Counted from the first letter of the stretch, positions 1 to 8,935 are shown. The stretch: 64,000 nucleotides of DNA from an uncultured Draconibacterium sp. (GCF_963676735.2 NZ_OY781464.1:4260476-4324475); one strand, 5' to 3'. Notes: generated by a model not told the origin, from the letters alone. Numbers and translations: made by a program.

Positions 1-3000
1 TTTTCAACGGCCTGATTGTATTCGTCATGTTTTAAAACAGTGAGCTTAATCCGGTCGGTTACTTCAAAGCCACTTTCCTTCCGCAGGTTCTGTATTTTAT
101 TAATAAACTCGCGGGCAATTCCTTCCTGTTTCAACTCTTCCGAAACATTTATATCCAGGGCAATAGTCATCTGACCTTCAGTGGCTACGGTCCATCCCGG
201 AATATCTTCGGTTTGAATTTCAACATCGTCTAACGACAACATAATCTTTTCATCACCCAATGTTAACTCATATTCTCCGGTACTTTCAAAAGCCGAAATC
301 GCGGTCTGATCCAACTGATTTACCGCCCCGGCAATTTGTTTCATCATTTTACCGTATTTCGGGCCAAGTGCTTTAAAATTCGGTTTAATTTTCTTTTTAA
401 TCACTCCGGCCGTATCGGTTAAGAACTCCACTTCTTTAACGTTAACTTCTGCTAAAATGATATTTGAAACTGCTTCAAATTGCTCTTTAAAATGCGGATT
501 TAATACCGGCACCATAATTTTACCTAAGGGCTGGCGTACTTTCAGCTTCTCTTTTCGGCGCAGGGCCAAAATCATTGATGAAGCTTTTTGCGCTATGGCC
601 ATTTTTTCTTCCAGGTCTTTGTCAATTAAGTTATTATCGTAAACCGGGAAATTATCGAGATGTACACTCAGGTCGCTTGCCTTTCCGGTAACTTTATTTA
701 AATCGTTGAAAAGCAAGTCGGCGTAAAATGGTGCGATTGGCGCCATTAATTTTGCAACAGCTTCCAAGCAAGTGTAAAGCGTTTGGTAAGCCGAAACTTT
801 ATCTGTAGAATACTCTCCACCCCAGTAGCGTTTACGGCTTAGGCGAACAAACCAGTTACTCAGGTTTTCGCTTACAAATTCCGAAATAGCACGGCCTGCG
901 CGGGTTGGTTCATAGTTTTCGTAGCTTTCGCCAACCTCTTTTATCAGCGAGTTCAGCAAGGAAATAATCCAGCGGTCAATCTCAGGACGTTTCTCAACGG
1001 GGATTTCTTCTTCGGCATATTTAAAGCCATCAACATTGGCATACAATGCGAAGAAATTGTAAGTATTATAAAGTGTTCCGAAGAACTTACGTTTTACTTC
1101 TTCCACCCCGTCGATATCAAATTTAAGGTTATCCCAGGGTTGCGCATTGGTAATCATGTACCAGCGCAGTGGGTCGGAGCCATATTTATCAATGGTATCA
1201 AACGGATCGACAGCGTTACCCAAGCGTTTCGACATTTTCACGCCGTTTTTGTCGAGTACCAAACCGTTTGAAATAATATTTTTAAATGCTACCGATTCAT
1301 CAATCATGGTGGCAATGGCATGCAGGGTAAAGAACCAACCACGGGTTTGGTCTACACCTTCGGCAATAAAATCGGCCGGGAACACATCTTTAAACTTGTC
1401 CTTCCATTGGAAAGGATAGTGGCGCTGCGCGTAAGGCATGGCACCCGAGTCGAACCAAACATCAATAAGATCGGCTTCGCGCTCCATTTTTTGCCCTGAT
1501 GGAGACACCAGAATAATATTATCGACATGCGATTTATGCAGGTCAACCCGGTTGTAATTATCTTTGCTGTAATCGCCAACTTTAAATTCGGCAAAGGGAT
1601 TTTCCGACATAAATCCGGCTTCAACCGCTTTGTCTATTTCGGCCATTAATTCTTCCATCGACCCGATACAAATCTCTTCTGATCCATCTTCTGTTCTCCA
1701 GATTGGCAGCGGTGTGCCCCAAAAACGCGAACGGCTAAGGTTCCAGTCCACCAGGTTCTCCAGCCAATTGCCAAAACGCCCGGTTCCGGTTGATTTGGGT
1801 TTCCAGTTGATGGTGTTGTTTAAGGCCACCATTTTATCTTTAACGGCTGTTGATTTTATAAACCACGAGTCGAGCGGGTAATACAATACCGGTTTATCGG
1901 TTCGCCAGCAGTGCGGATAACTATGCACATGCTTTTCAATTTTGAAAGCTTTGTTCTGCTGTTTCAACATTACTGCAATGTCAACATCAACGGTAGCAGC
2001 ATCTTCTTCCAGCTTGTCGTCGTATTCGTTTTTCACCGAACGGCCGGCAAAATCATGATAGGTTTCAGTATTTACATACTTTTCTACAAACTCAGGATCA
2101 AGATCGATGGTTGGATAAAATCGTCCTTTCCGATCAACCAGTGCCTGGCGTTTTCCTTCGGTATCAACCACCACCAGTGGCGAAATGCCGTGTTGTTTGG
2201 CCACGCGGTCATCGTCGGCACCAAAAGTAGGTGCAATGTGTACGATTCCGGTACCGTCCTCAATGGTTACAAAGTCGCCGGTAATTACTTCAAAAGCTTT
2301 GCCCTCGGGCCTTACCCAATCTATCAGTTGTTCGTATTGCACACCTTTTAACCGCTCGCCGGTGTATTCGGCCAATACTTTAAAAGGTATTTTTTTATCA
2401 CCGGGTTTATAATCTTCCAGGGCCAGCCCTGCATTTTTCGAATTGAAATAAACCGGGAAAAGGTCTTTTGCCAAAATTAAAGTAACAGGATCGCCGGTGT
2501 ATGGATTAAACGACTGAACTTTTACATAGTTGATGTTCGGTCCCACACAAAGTGCCGTGTTCGATGGCAATGTCCATGGCGTGGTTGTCCATGCCAGGAA
2601 ATACAAATCGGTTTCAACTCCTTCAAAAAGGAATTCCGATTTTTCGTTGCGCAAAGCCTTAAACTGGGCAATTGCTGTGGTGTCTTTAACATCGCGGTAG
2701 CAACCCGGCTGGTTCAGCTCGTGCGAGCTTAAACCTGTTCCGGCAGCCGGCGAGTAGGGCTGAATGGTGTAGCCTTTATACAACAATCCTTTTTGGTAGA
2801 TTTGTTTCAGCAACCACCATACCGATTCAATGTATTGGTTGTCGTAGGTTACATACGGATCGTCCATATTTACCCAGTACCCCATTTTTCGGGTCAGCTC
2901 TTCCCACTCGCGGGTGTATTTCATCACCTCTTTGCGGCAGGCATCGCTGTATTCTTCAACGGTAATTTTCTTACCTATATCATCTTTTGTAATGTTCAGC

Positions 3001-3302
3001 GCTTTTTCAACGCTTAATTCCACCGGCAAACCGTGTGTGTCCCAACCGGCTTTACGGTGCACACGAAAACCTTTCATGGTTTTGTAACGGCAGAAAATAT
3101 CTTTAATGGCACGCGCCATCACGTGGTGAATACCGGGCATTCCGTTTGCCGATGGCGGTCCTTCGTAAAATACAAATGTTTCTTGTCCTTCGCGGGTTGA
3201 AATACTTTTATGAAAAGTATCGTCATTTTCCCAACGTTCAAGTACGTCCTTGTTTATCTGTGCTAAATCTAACTGCTTATATTCCTGAAATTTATTACTC
3301 AT
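1..3302 (-). CDS. ileS: Isoleucyl-tRNA synthetase (IleRS2-type); 3' end runs off the window
   Basis: Manual minus-strand translation from ATG at 3302 gives MSNKFQEYKQLDL...FYEGPPSANGMPGIHHVMARAIKDIFCRYKTMKG (HIGH-type motif) and KMSKRLGNAVDPF near 1200-1250. Absent from the ORF track because there is no stop inside the window. Confidence 0.97.
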   Translation of the reverse strand, partial: MSNKFQEYKQLDLAQINKDVLERWENDDTFHKSISTREGQETFVFYEGPPSANGMPGIHHVMARAIKDIFCRYKTMKGFRVHRKAGWDTHGLPVELSVEKALNITKDDIGKKITVEEYSDACRKEVMKYTREWEELTRKMGYWVNMDDPYVTYDNQYIESVWWLLKQIYQKGLLYKGYTIQPYSPAAGTGLSSHELNQPGCYRDVKDTTAIAQFKALRNEKSEFLFEGVETDLYFLAWTTTPWTLPSNTALCVGPNINYVKVQSFNPYTGDPVTLILAKDLFPVYFNSKNAGLALEDYKPGDKKIPFKVLAEYTGERLKGVQYEQLIDWVRPEGKAFEVITGDFVTIEDGTGIVHIAPTFGADDDRVAKQHGISPLVVVDTEGKRQALVDRKGRFYPTIDLDPEFVEKYVNTETYHDFAGRSVKNEYDDKLEEDAATVDVDIAVMLKQQNKAFKIEKHVHSYPHCWRTDKPVLYYPLDSWFIKSTAVKDKMVALNNTINWKPKSTGTGRFGNWLENLVDWNLSRSRFWGTPLPIWRTEDGSEEICIGSMEELMAEIDKAVEAGFMSENPFAEFKVGDYSKDNYNRVDLHKSHVDNIILVSPSGQKMEREADLIDVWFDSGAMPYAQRHYPFQWKDKFKDVFPADFIAEGVDQTRGWFFTLHAIATMIDESVAFKNIISNGLVLDKNGVKMSKRLGNAVDPFDTIDKYGSDPLRWYMITNAQPWDNLKFDIDGVEEVKRKFFGTLYNTYNFFALYANVDGFKYAEEEIPVEKRPEIDRWIISLLNSLIKEVGESYENYEPTRAGRAISEFVSENLSNWFVRLSRKRYWGGEYSTDKVSAYQTLYTCLEAVAKLMAPIAPFYADLLFNDLNKVTGKASDLSVHLDNFPVYDNNLIDKDLEEKMAIAQKASSMILALRRKEKLKVRQPLGKIMVPVLNPHFKEQFEAVSNIILAEVNVKEVEFLTDTAGVIKKKIKPNFKALGPKYGKMMKQIAGAVNQLDQTAISAFESTGEYELTLGDEKIMLSLDDVEIQTEDIPGWTVATEGQMTIALDINVSEELKQEGIAREFINKIQNLRKESGFEVTDRIKLTVLKHDEYNQAVE

Positions 3303-3339
3303 AAGAACACCTTATAATCCACTGATTTTAAAAAACATG

Positions 3340-3347
3340 CAAATATA
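3340..3347 (-). promoter_or_regulatory. Bacteroidota sigma-A -7 element (TATATTTG) upstream of ileS
   Basis: Matches TAnnTTTG 38 bp upstream of the ATG; no clear -33 TTTG seen. Confidence 0.5.
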
Positions 3348-3486
3348 GAAAAATTTTGATGGGTGGCGAGGATGATTCCGACCTTAATTAAAACGGACTA
3401 AAAAGCTAATATCAACTAATTTACCTTACAGCCCAACGCTTTTTATAAGTTGCTTACACAGTTGTTTAAATTACTGACTAATAGCG

Positions 3487-3624
3487 TCCTGTTAACTTTT
3501 ATGGCGTCCTGTACCATTTGCATCACATCCTGTTACCTTTTTTTCTAATCCTGTTAAGTTTTTGGGCGTCCTGTTAAACAGGATTCAGGATTTTTGTAAC
3601 AGGATAGGAGAAATGGGTACAGGG
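3487..3624. repeat. Periodic TCCTGT array: 5 direct and 3 inverted copies at 20-21 bp spacing
   Basis: TCCTGT at 3487, 3507, 3528, 3549, 3569; ACAGGA/ACAGGG at 3578, 3599, 3619; central palindrome TCCTGT-TAA-ACAGGA at 3569-3583. Confidence 0.85.
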
Positions 3625-3787
3625 AGGCGCATCCAATTACTGAGGCAACCCCCTCATATCCTTCCAACTTTAAATTCCTACACCAAGTTTAATAAATGTT
3701 TCAGACAGAAAATACTTTTTCCTATAGCTGAAAAAGTATTCAAAAAAGCCACCGCTGACGATAAAAAGCTAAACATAAATTCGTTGT

Positions 3788-3883
3788 ATTGAAAAAACGA
3801 AAAGGTTATTTTTTGATCCCGATAAATCGGGAGTTTCTTTTGATCGTATGCAAAAGGTACTGCCCGTCTGGCATGAAGACAAA
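3788..3883. repeat. Dispersed ~95-bp structured repeat, copy 1
   Basis: ATTGAAAAAACGaAAAGGTTATTTTTTGA...CTTTTGATCGtATGCAAAAGgtACTGCCCGTCTGGCATGAAGACAAA aligns with 8936-9026. Confidence 0.9.
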
Positions 3884-3974
3884 TTCACCCGTATTAATTA
3901 ACTAATACGATTTGTGGTTCTGTTTAAATACAACTCTATACTTGTAACTTACTTTAACCAACTTCAAATCAAAT

Positions 3975-4014
3975 AAAGAAAAAGCCGCTTTACCGGGAAA
4001 GATAAAGCGGCTTT
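3975..4014 (-). terminator. Rho-independent terminator downstream of the 4193-4507 gene
   Basis: 12-bp stem AAAGCCGCTTTA/TAAAGCGGCTTT followed by a U-rich run on the minus strand. Confidence 0.7.
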
Positions 4015-4192
4015 GGTGGAATACCTTATGAAGATGCCCGATTAAAACCGGGTCTTACTATTTTTTGCAATCTATAGCGAAGCTAAGCAGCCGTTTTGCA
4101 TCCCTTTGGGAAATCGGGCGTAACAAAACACCGAACTTAGTTTCTCGAGAAACTGTATTCTCTTACCACAGATCCGTTTTTTAATGCTTTTA

Positions 4193-4507
4193 TTAATTCA
4201 GGTCGAGAACCGAATTAAATTCACCCTCAACAATACCGTTTGGAGCAGTACTGTCGGCTTCAGTTTCGTTTTCCCAAACCGAACCATCAATTAAATATTT
4301 AAACTGGTAGGCTTTACCGGTTTCAAGGTTCAGCGTTTGTGTAAAATCACCACTTTTCAGTTTTTTCATTGGCTCAACTTCTTCACTCCAGCCGTTAAAT
4401 TCTCCAACAATTTTAACAGTTTCGGCGTTTGGCGCATCAGCTTTGGCCACACGGAAAGAAACTTTACACTCGGGTTTACTTTTCAAATATTGTTTTTTAA
4501 TACTCAT
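4193..4507 (-). CDS. Stand-alone isoamylase early-set / glycogen-binding (CBM48/AMPK-beta-like) domain protein
   Basis: VKIVGEFNGWSEEVEPMKKLKSGDFTQTLNLETGKAYQFKYLIDGSVWEND-like signature (GxFNxW...YQFKYLIDG.W). Confidence 0.85.
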   Translation of the reverse strand: MSIKKQYLKSKPECKVSFRVAKADAPNAETVKIVGEFNGWSEEVEPMKKLKSGDFTQTLNLETGKAYQFKYLIDGSVWENETEADSTAPNGIVEGEFNSVLDLN

Positions 4508-4909
4508 AATTCAATTTTTTATGAAACAGAATCTGCCAGCGGAAATGCAGGTAAGAAAAAATCAGGAAGAATTCGCATCCGGCGCCTGACGAGAATTCAA
4601 AATTCATTTAACTACCAAACAAAGCCGATTAAGCGATCTGAATCGTTTTTGTTATTAATTTCAAATTTTGTTTTAGCTCTTACTGGTTTGGATTTGAACG
4701 TTTATCAATTTGTAAATCAAATATATGGCATTAACATTAATTAACACCTTGATGAGAATTTATTTAGCCGGAGATTTAACACACTGATAAAATTAAAAAC
4801 TCTAAGTATCTTCTTGTAAATCAGACGCATTGGGACAAACCTCAACGTTTACAGGCTCTGTTGTACGCTATATCTGTTAAAAATAGCGGTAGTTAAAACT
4901 AAGCAAATG

Positions 4910-5704
4910 CTAGCTTTTCGCGCGCAATAAATTAACTTTTTGCATGAATGTTTTTACACGCGCCGAATCAATCGTGTTTTGCCATTGCCCATTGCACTTA
5001 AACGACGACCCTACTATAAAAGCATCAGCATAGGGCCAGTAATCTTCAATATTTTTGCTATCCAATCCGGAGCCAATAATAAGGGGAAGCTTTGTACTTT
5101 CCTTTACCTCCACAACATCATCAAGCGAGGCCTGCATTCCTGTTGCATTTCCGGTAACAATTACACCATCGCTAAGGAAAAATTCGGCTGCCCGAGCCAT
5201 TTCAGCAACCGACACATCAGCAGAAACTGCATGGGAAGAGTGTTTCTTTTTTATATCGGTCCATATTTTTATGTTTCCGGCTCCAATTTTCTTACGGTAC
5301 CGCAACAGTTCTCCGGCATCGCTGTTCATCATTCCTTCATCGGCGAGGTGCCCAAAAACAAAACCTTCGGCACGAATAAAATCAAGTCCAGCCGCCATGG
5401 CTACTGCCAGTGCCTGTTTATTTGCGCCGGCCAGAATTTGTATTCCCAATGGCAATCCAACTTCCTGTTTAATTTTTTGGGCAACCACTGTCATGCTTGC
5501 AACAATTTCGGGCCCAACAGTACGATTCAGGTACGGCCGATCATGCATATTCTCAATCATAATGGCAGCCACTCCACCCTTTGCCAATTTTCTGGCATCT
5601 TCTACAGCGTCATTAATTATTACGTTTATTGCCACGCTGTTTTTGGGTGTTCCGGGCAGGGCAGCCACATGCACCATCCCTATTATTGTTTTATTCAATT
5701 GCAT
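4910..5704 (-). CDS. BtpA/SgcQ family TIM-barrel protein
   Basis: IIGMVHVAALPGTP, IMIENMHDRPY, FIRAEGFVF, DIKKKHSSH, DGVIVTG, IVGSSFK motifs. Confidence 0.9.
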   Translation of the reverse strand: MQLNKTIIGMVHVAALPGTPKNSVAINVIINDAVEDARKLAKGGVAAIMIENMHDRPYLNRTVGPEIVASMTVVAQKIKQEVGLPLGIQILAGANKQALAVAMAAGLDFIRAEGFVFGHLADEGMMNSDAGELLRYRKKIGAGNIKIWTDIKKKHSSHAVSADVSVAEMARAAEFFLSDGVIVTGNATGMQASLDDVVEVKESTKLPLIIGSGLDSKNIEDYWPYADAFIVGSSFKCNGQWQNTIDSARVKTFMQKVNLLRAKS

Positions 5705-5839
5705 TGTTGATGTGTTTTATGCTTATAAAGTTAAATGAAAACAACGAACTTATTTCAAGGCCATTAAAAAGAAAGTTGACTTCTTTTTGTTTGCGGCAGA
5801 ATTTGTACTTTTACGCTTACAACCTAAATCAATATTTTA

Positions 5840-6553
5840 ATGAGAAACTTAAACCTTCTGATTACCATTATTACTGTACTCGTTTTTTGGGGTTGTTCGA
5901 GGCCCCAACAAAAATCTGTTAACACCTTATCGAAAAAAGAAATTTCTGATGGATGGCAGCTCTTGTTTGACGGGGAAACCTTGAGCGAATGGAAAATGTT
6001 TAATGGTGGTGCAGTTTCGGGCTGGAAAATCGTTGATGGAGTTTTGCATAACTCGGGCCAGGGTTCCGATCATGGTGGCGATATTATTACCAAAAAACAA
6101 TATGCCGATTTTGAATTGTACCTGGAGTGGAAAATAGCTCCCGAAAGCAATTCGGGTATTTTTTATCGCGTACAAGAGGGGCTTACCGATGCCATATACG
6201 AAACGGGCCCGGAATACCAGCTACTGGATGACAAAGGCTGGTCAAGCCCCCTTGAAGCCAACCAGTATTCGGGAGCCAATTACGGTATGAATGCTCCCGA
6301 AAATGCCCGGGTAAAACCAACAGGCGAATGGAATACAACACGAATTATTGTGAACAAGGCACATGTTGAGCATTGGCTTAACACTACTAAAGTGGTGGAA
6401 TATGAACTGTGGACTGACGATTGGGCAAAGAACAAGGCACAAGGCAAATGGGCCGAAACCCCTCACTATGGTATGGCTAAAACAGGCCATATCGGGTTGC
6501 AGGACCACGGAGGATTAACCATGTTCAGAAATATAAAAATTAAAGAACTCTAA
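5840..6553 (+). CDS. DUF1080 / 3-keto-disaccharide hydrolase family lipoprotein
   Basis: Lipobox FWGC; GWQLLFDGETL, DFELYLEWK, NSGIFYR, GPEYQLLDD, GEWN, GHIGLQDHG motifs. Confidence 0.9.
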   Translation: MRNLNLLITIITVLVFWGCSRPQQKSVNTLSKKEISDGWQLLFDGETLSEWKMFNGGAVSGWKIVDGVLHNSGQGSDHGGDIITKKQYADFELYLEWKIAPESNSGIFYRVQEGLTDAIYETGPEYQLLDDKGWSSPLEANQYSGANYGMNAPENARVKPTGEWNTTRIIVNKAHVEHWLNTTKVVEYELWTDDWAKNKAQGKWAETPHYGMAKTGHIGLQDHGGLTMFRNIKIKEL

Positions 6554-6609
6554 CGCAAACTCCATTCCGTTCCGAAGAAACATCAGCCAAGTGGTTTGCC
6601 AATAAAAAT

Positions 6610-6617
6610 TATCTTTG
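6610..6617 (+). promoter_or_regulatory. -7 element TATCTTTG upstream of the CPBP gene
   Basis: Matches TAnnTTTG 19 bp before ATG 6636. Confidence 0.55.
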
Positions 6618-6635
6618 CCCAAAACATTTTCGAAA

Positions 6636-7565
6636 ATGGAAATTACGGCATTCAGAGACTTGAGACCCTTCTCTCAATTGGTTTTTACCGCTTTTATTGT
6701 TATGGTCAGCGTTATGATATTTTTTATTTTATCGCTTGTTGTGGCCATTCCCATCTGGGGTCTGAGTACGGTATTACACCTGCCCGAAGTAAATGCTGCA
6801 ACTCCTCAAAAAATCATCAGGCTCTATAAATTTATTCAGGTAGTGCAGGCTATTGGCTTCTTTATTGTTCCTCCCTTTGTTTTAGGCTACCTATTCCATG
6901 GCAAGTCAAACGATTACCTGTATCTCAACAAATCTTTTCGGTCGCAAAATGTAGTCCTGATTATTGTTCTGATGTTTATTGTGGCCCCGTTTATTAACCT
7001 CGTTGGCGAACTAAACAACAATATGCGCTTTCCTGCATGGCTTTCGGGAGTAGAAAACTGGATGCGCAATGCAGAGGAACACGCTGCAGAAATAACCAAT
7101 GCATTTTTAGCTGTAAAAAATATTAGCGGACTTGCATTTAACCTATTTATGATTGCCTTGTTACCTGCACTTGGCGAAGAGCTCCTGTTTCGGGGTGTTA
7201 TTCAGAAAATTTTTAGCAAAATAACACGCAGTCACCATTGGGGAATATGGATTTCGGCTATACTTTTCAGTGCCCTGCACATGCAGTTTTTTGGATTTGT
7301 TCCGCGTGTGTTACTCGGTGCATTATTTGGCTACCTCCTGGTATGGAGCGGATCGATGTGGCTTCCTATTCTTGCTCATTTCCTGAACAATGCCATTGCC
7401 GTAATTGCAATTTACCTGATTAACAAACAAACAATTACGCCCAACTATGAAAACATAGGTTCTACAGCCGACAGCTACTATATGGCGGGCATTAGCCTGG
7501 CACTAACTATTGTGTTTTTGCTGATGATAAGAAAACAGAATAAGGGAAAAACAATTCCTGTTTAA
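6636..7565 (+). CDS. CPBP (Abi/CAAX) family intramembrane glutamic endopeptidase
   Basis: Multiple TM helices; LGEELLFRG, FSALH, AHFLNN motifs. Start moved from TTG 6615 to ATG 6636 because the promoter element overlaps 6615. Confidence 0.9.
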   Translation: MEITAFRDLRPFSQLVFTAFIVMVSVMIFFILSLVVAIPIWGLSTVLHLPEVNAATPQKIIRLYKFIQVVQAIGFFIVPPFVLGYLFHGKSNDYLYLNKSFRSQNVVLIIVLMFIVAPFINLVGELNNNMRFPAWLSGVENWMRNAEEHAAEITNAFLAVKNISGLAFNLFMIALLPALGEELLFRGVIQKIFSKITRSHHWGIWISAILFSALHMQFFGFVPRVLLGALFGYLLVWSGSMWLPILAHFLNNAIAVIAIYLINKQTITPNYENIGSTADSYYMAGISLALTIVFLLMIRKQNKGKTIPV

Positions 7566-7625
7566 AAAAACAATTCCAAACCAGAAGTACTGATTTGGAA
7601 TTGACTACTTATAATTAGTTGTTGT

Positions 7626-8363
7626 TTATGCAAACTCAAACAATAAGTCGGTTTGCATTTCTTCGGCATTCATTTTTTTCTTTTCGTTACGGCGGAACAC
7701 ATAAACAATACCATACTCCTGGGCCAATTGACGTTTAACTTTTGGCGATTCAGCCTCAATACCCTCTTCTATTTCGGTCCACAGTTTACTGATGAAATCA
7801 TTGGTTGTTTTTCGCAGGTTCTGCATTTTTTCAAACGATCGCAGCGTATTTCTTTTTAAGGTTTGCTGAAATACCGAAGCATCATGCAGCTCTTGCACCT
7901 TAAATTTCACCAATGCAATTGATGGGTTATAGATAGCACTTCCACCGTTCTGCATCCTTTTTTGTTCGCCTTCCACCATAATTTTTCCCCATTTCAATAC
8001 TTCTTCCTCGGTATTTAATGGTGGAACTTTACCCTCAAACGAAGCCAGATCTTCGTAAAACTTAATTCCTCCGTTGATCTCGCCGCGCTCTGATGCAAAT
8101 AACAAAACCTGAGTAAAATGCGAAACATACATTTTAGCCCGGTCAAAAGCCTCTTTGTAATCTTTTATATTTTCAGCCTGAAGTCGAGTGTCTAACTCGT
8201 ATTGTGTAAGATGATTCTCGAAATTATTCTTTACATTCTGCAGTTGTTCTACCGAATGATTTGAAAATGCCAGCTTGCGCTCATTCTTAATCACCTTGCC
8301 AAGCGCTGCATTTAGTGCGCGCATTCTGGCTTTATCCGTTGTTGGTAAACGTCTGTATGGCAT
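7626..8363 (-). CDS. Conserved hypothetical alpha-helical protein (MPYRRLP family)
   Basis: 245-aa ORF with ATG. The N-terminus MPYRRLPTTDKARMRAL resembles an uncharacterised Bacteroidota family (from recall, not a search). Confidence 0.8.
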   Translation of the reverse strand: MPYRRLPTTDKARMRALNAALGKVIKNERKLAFSNHSVEQLQNVKNNFENHLTQYELDTRLQAENIKDYKEAFDRAKMYVSHFTQVLLFASERGEINGGIKFYEDLASFEGKVPPLNTEEEVLKWGKIMVEGEQKRMQNGGSAIYNPSIALVKFKVQELHDASVFQQTLKRNTLRSFEKMQNLRKTTNDFISKLWTEIEEGIEAESPKVKRQLAQEYGIVYVFRRNEKKKMNAEEMQTDLLFEFA

Positions 8364-8647
8364 AATTATCCTTTGTGTTTATGCGAAGTTATTGATTGTG
8401 CACGGAGAATAGATGTGTTCGCCCCTGCACTTATGCACATCTATATGTTTATTATTGTAAAAAACGGAAGGTGGTTTTTAGCGAACAGCCATATTTTGAC
8501 ACCTTTCAGTGGCCCTATTCGCAAGAAGTTAACAGGATTAGAAACAAGAAAAGTAACGTTTATTGAAGTTCAATAATAACAATGAAAGCGAAATTCCTGT
8601 CAACTTTTTCCTGCCGGAGGCCTTCATTTTTGACTTAATACAAAGAT

Positions 8648-8766
8648 GAAGCACGAGGAAGGCATTTCCGAGCTCAAGGCTGCTTTTAATCTTCACCTTA
8701 CATTTTCATAAAACCTTAGCTCGGCCGGGTGATCTCCTCATACTTCGGAGCTTCCCGCTCTCCCTA
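8648..8766 (-). ncRNA. Candidate rod-shaped structured RNA (6S-like?)
   Basis: Minus strand: GAAGUAUGAGGAG pairs fully with UUCCUCGUGCUUC (3 G-U pairs); CCGAGCU-AAGG pairs with CCUU-G-AGCUCGG; 5' hairpin GAGC-GGGAA-GCUC. Confidence 0.45.
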
Positions 8767-8935
8767 AAGTTTTATTTCAATTCCAGGCAAAAATTAAATG
8801 AGGCCATTCCACTATTGAAACATTGGCAAAGAGAATTGAATGTAAAATAATCTTTATCTGCTTATTAGCAGTTCACACTTAAATGAATACTTGTGCGGGC
8901 TCGTCAAAAATCCGTCAGGCGGGCTAACCCGCTTC

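Noticed and set aside
1-3302. ileS missing from the ORF track (possible pseudogene)
   Set aside because: The segments I translated by hand are in frame with intact motifs; the gene only lacks a stop because it runs off the window.
3487-3624. TCCTGT array as a CRISPR array or as oriC
   Set aside because: The conserved unit is only ~6-9 bp with 20-21 bp period, there are no cas genes, and I saw no perfect TTATCCACA DnaA boxes or dnaA gene. It is kept only as an unexplained array.
3562-3792. 76-aa ORF over the repeat region
   Set aside because: No recognisable motif; it overlaps non-coding repeats and is probably spurious.
4692-4855. AACGTTT cores upstream of the glycogen-binding gene as extra LacI sites
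   Set aside because: They match only the short core, not the GCAAACGTTTGC palindrome; similar cores occur elsewhere by chance.
8670-8720. AAGCAGCC resembling SRP RNA helix 8
   Set aside because: The matching CAGG-stem-GNRA/GGAA tetraloop geometry is not present.
8740-8766. GGAGAG...CCGAAG resembling a glycine riboswitch
   Set aside because: The downstream GAGCAA and CUCUCAGG elements are absent and no glycine-related gene follows.
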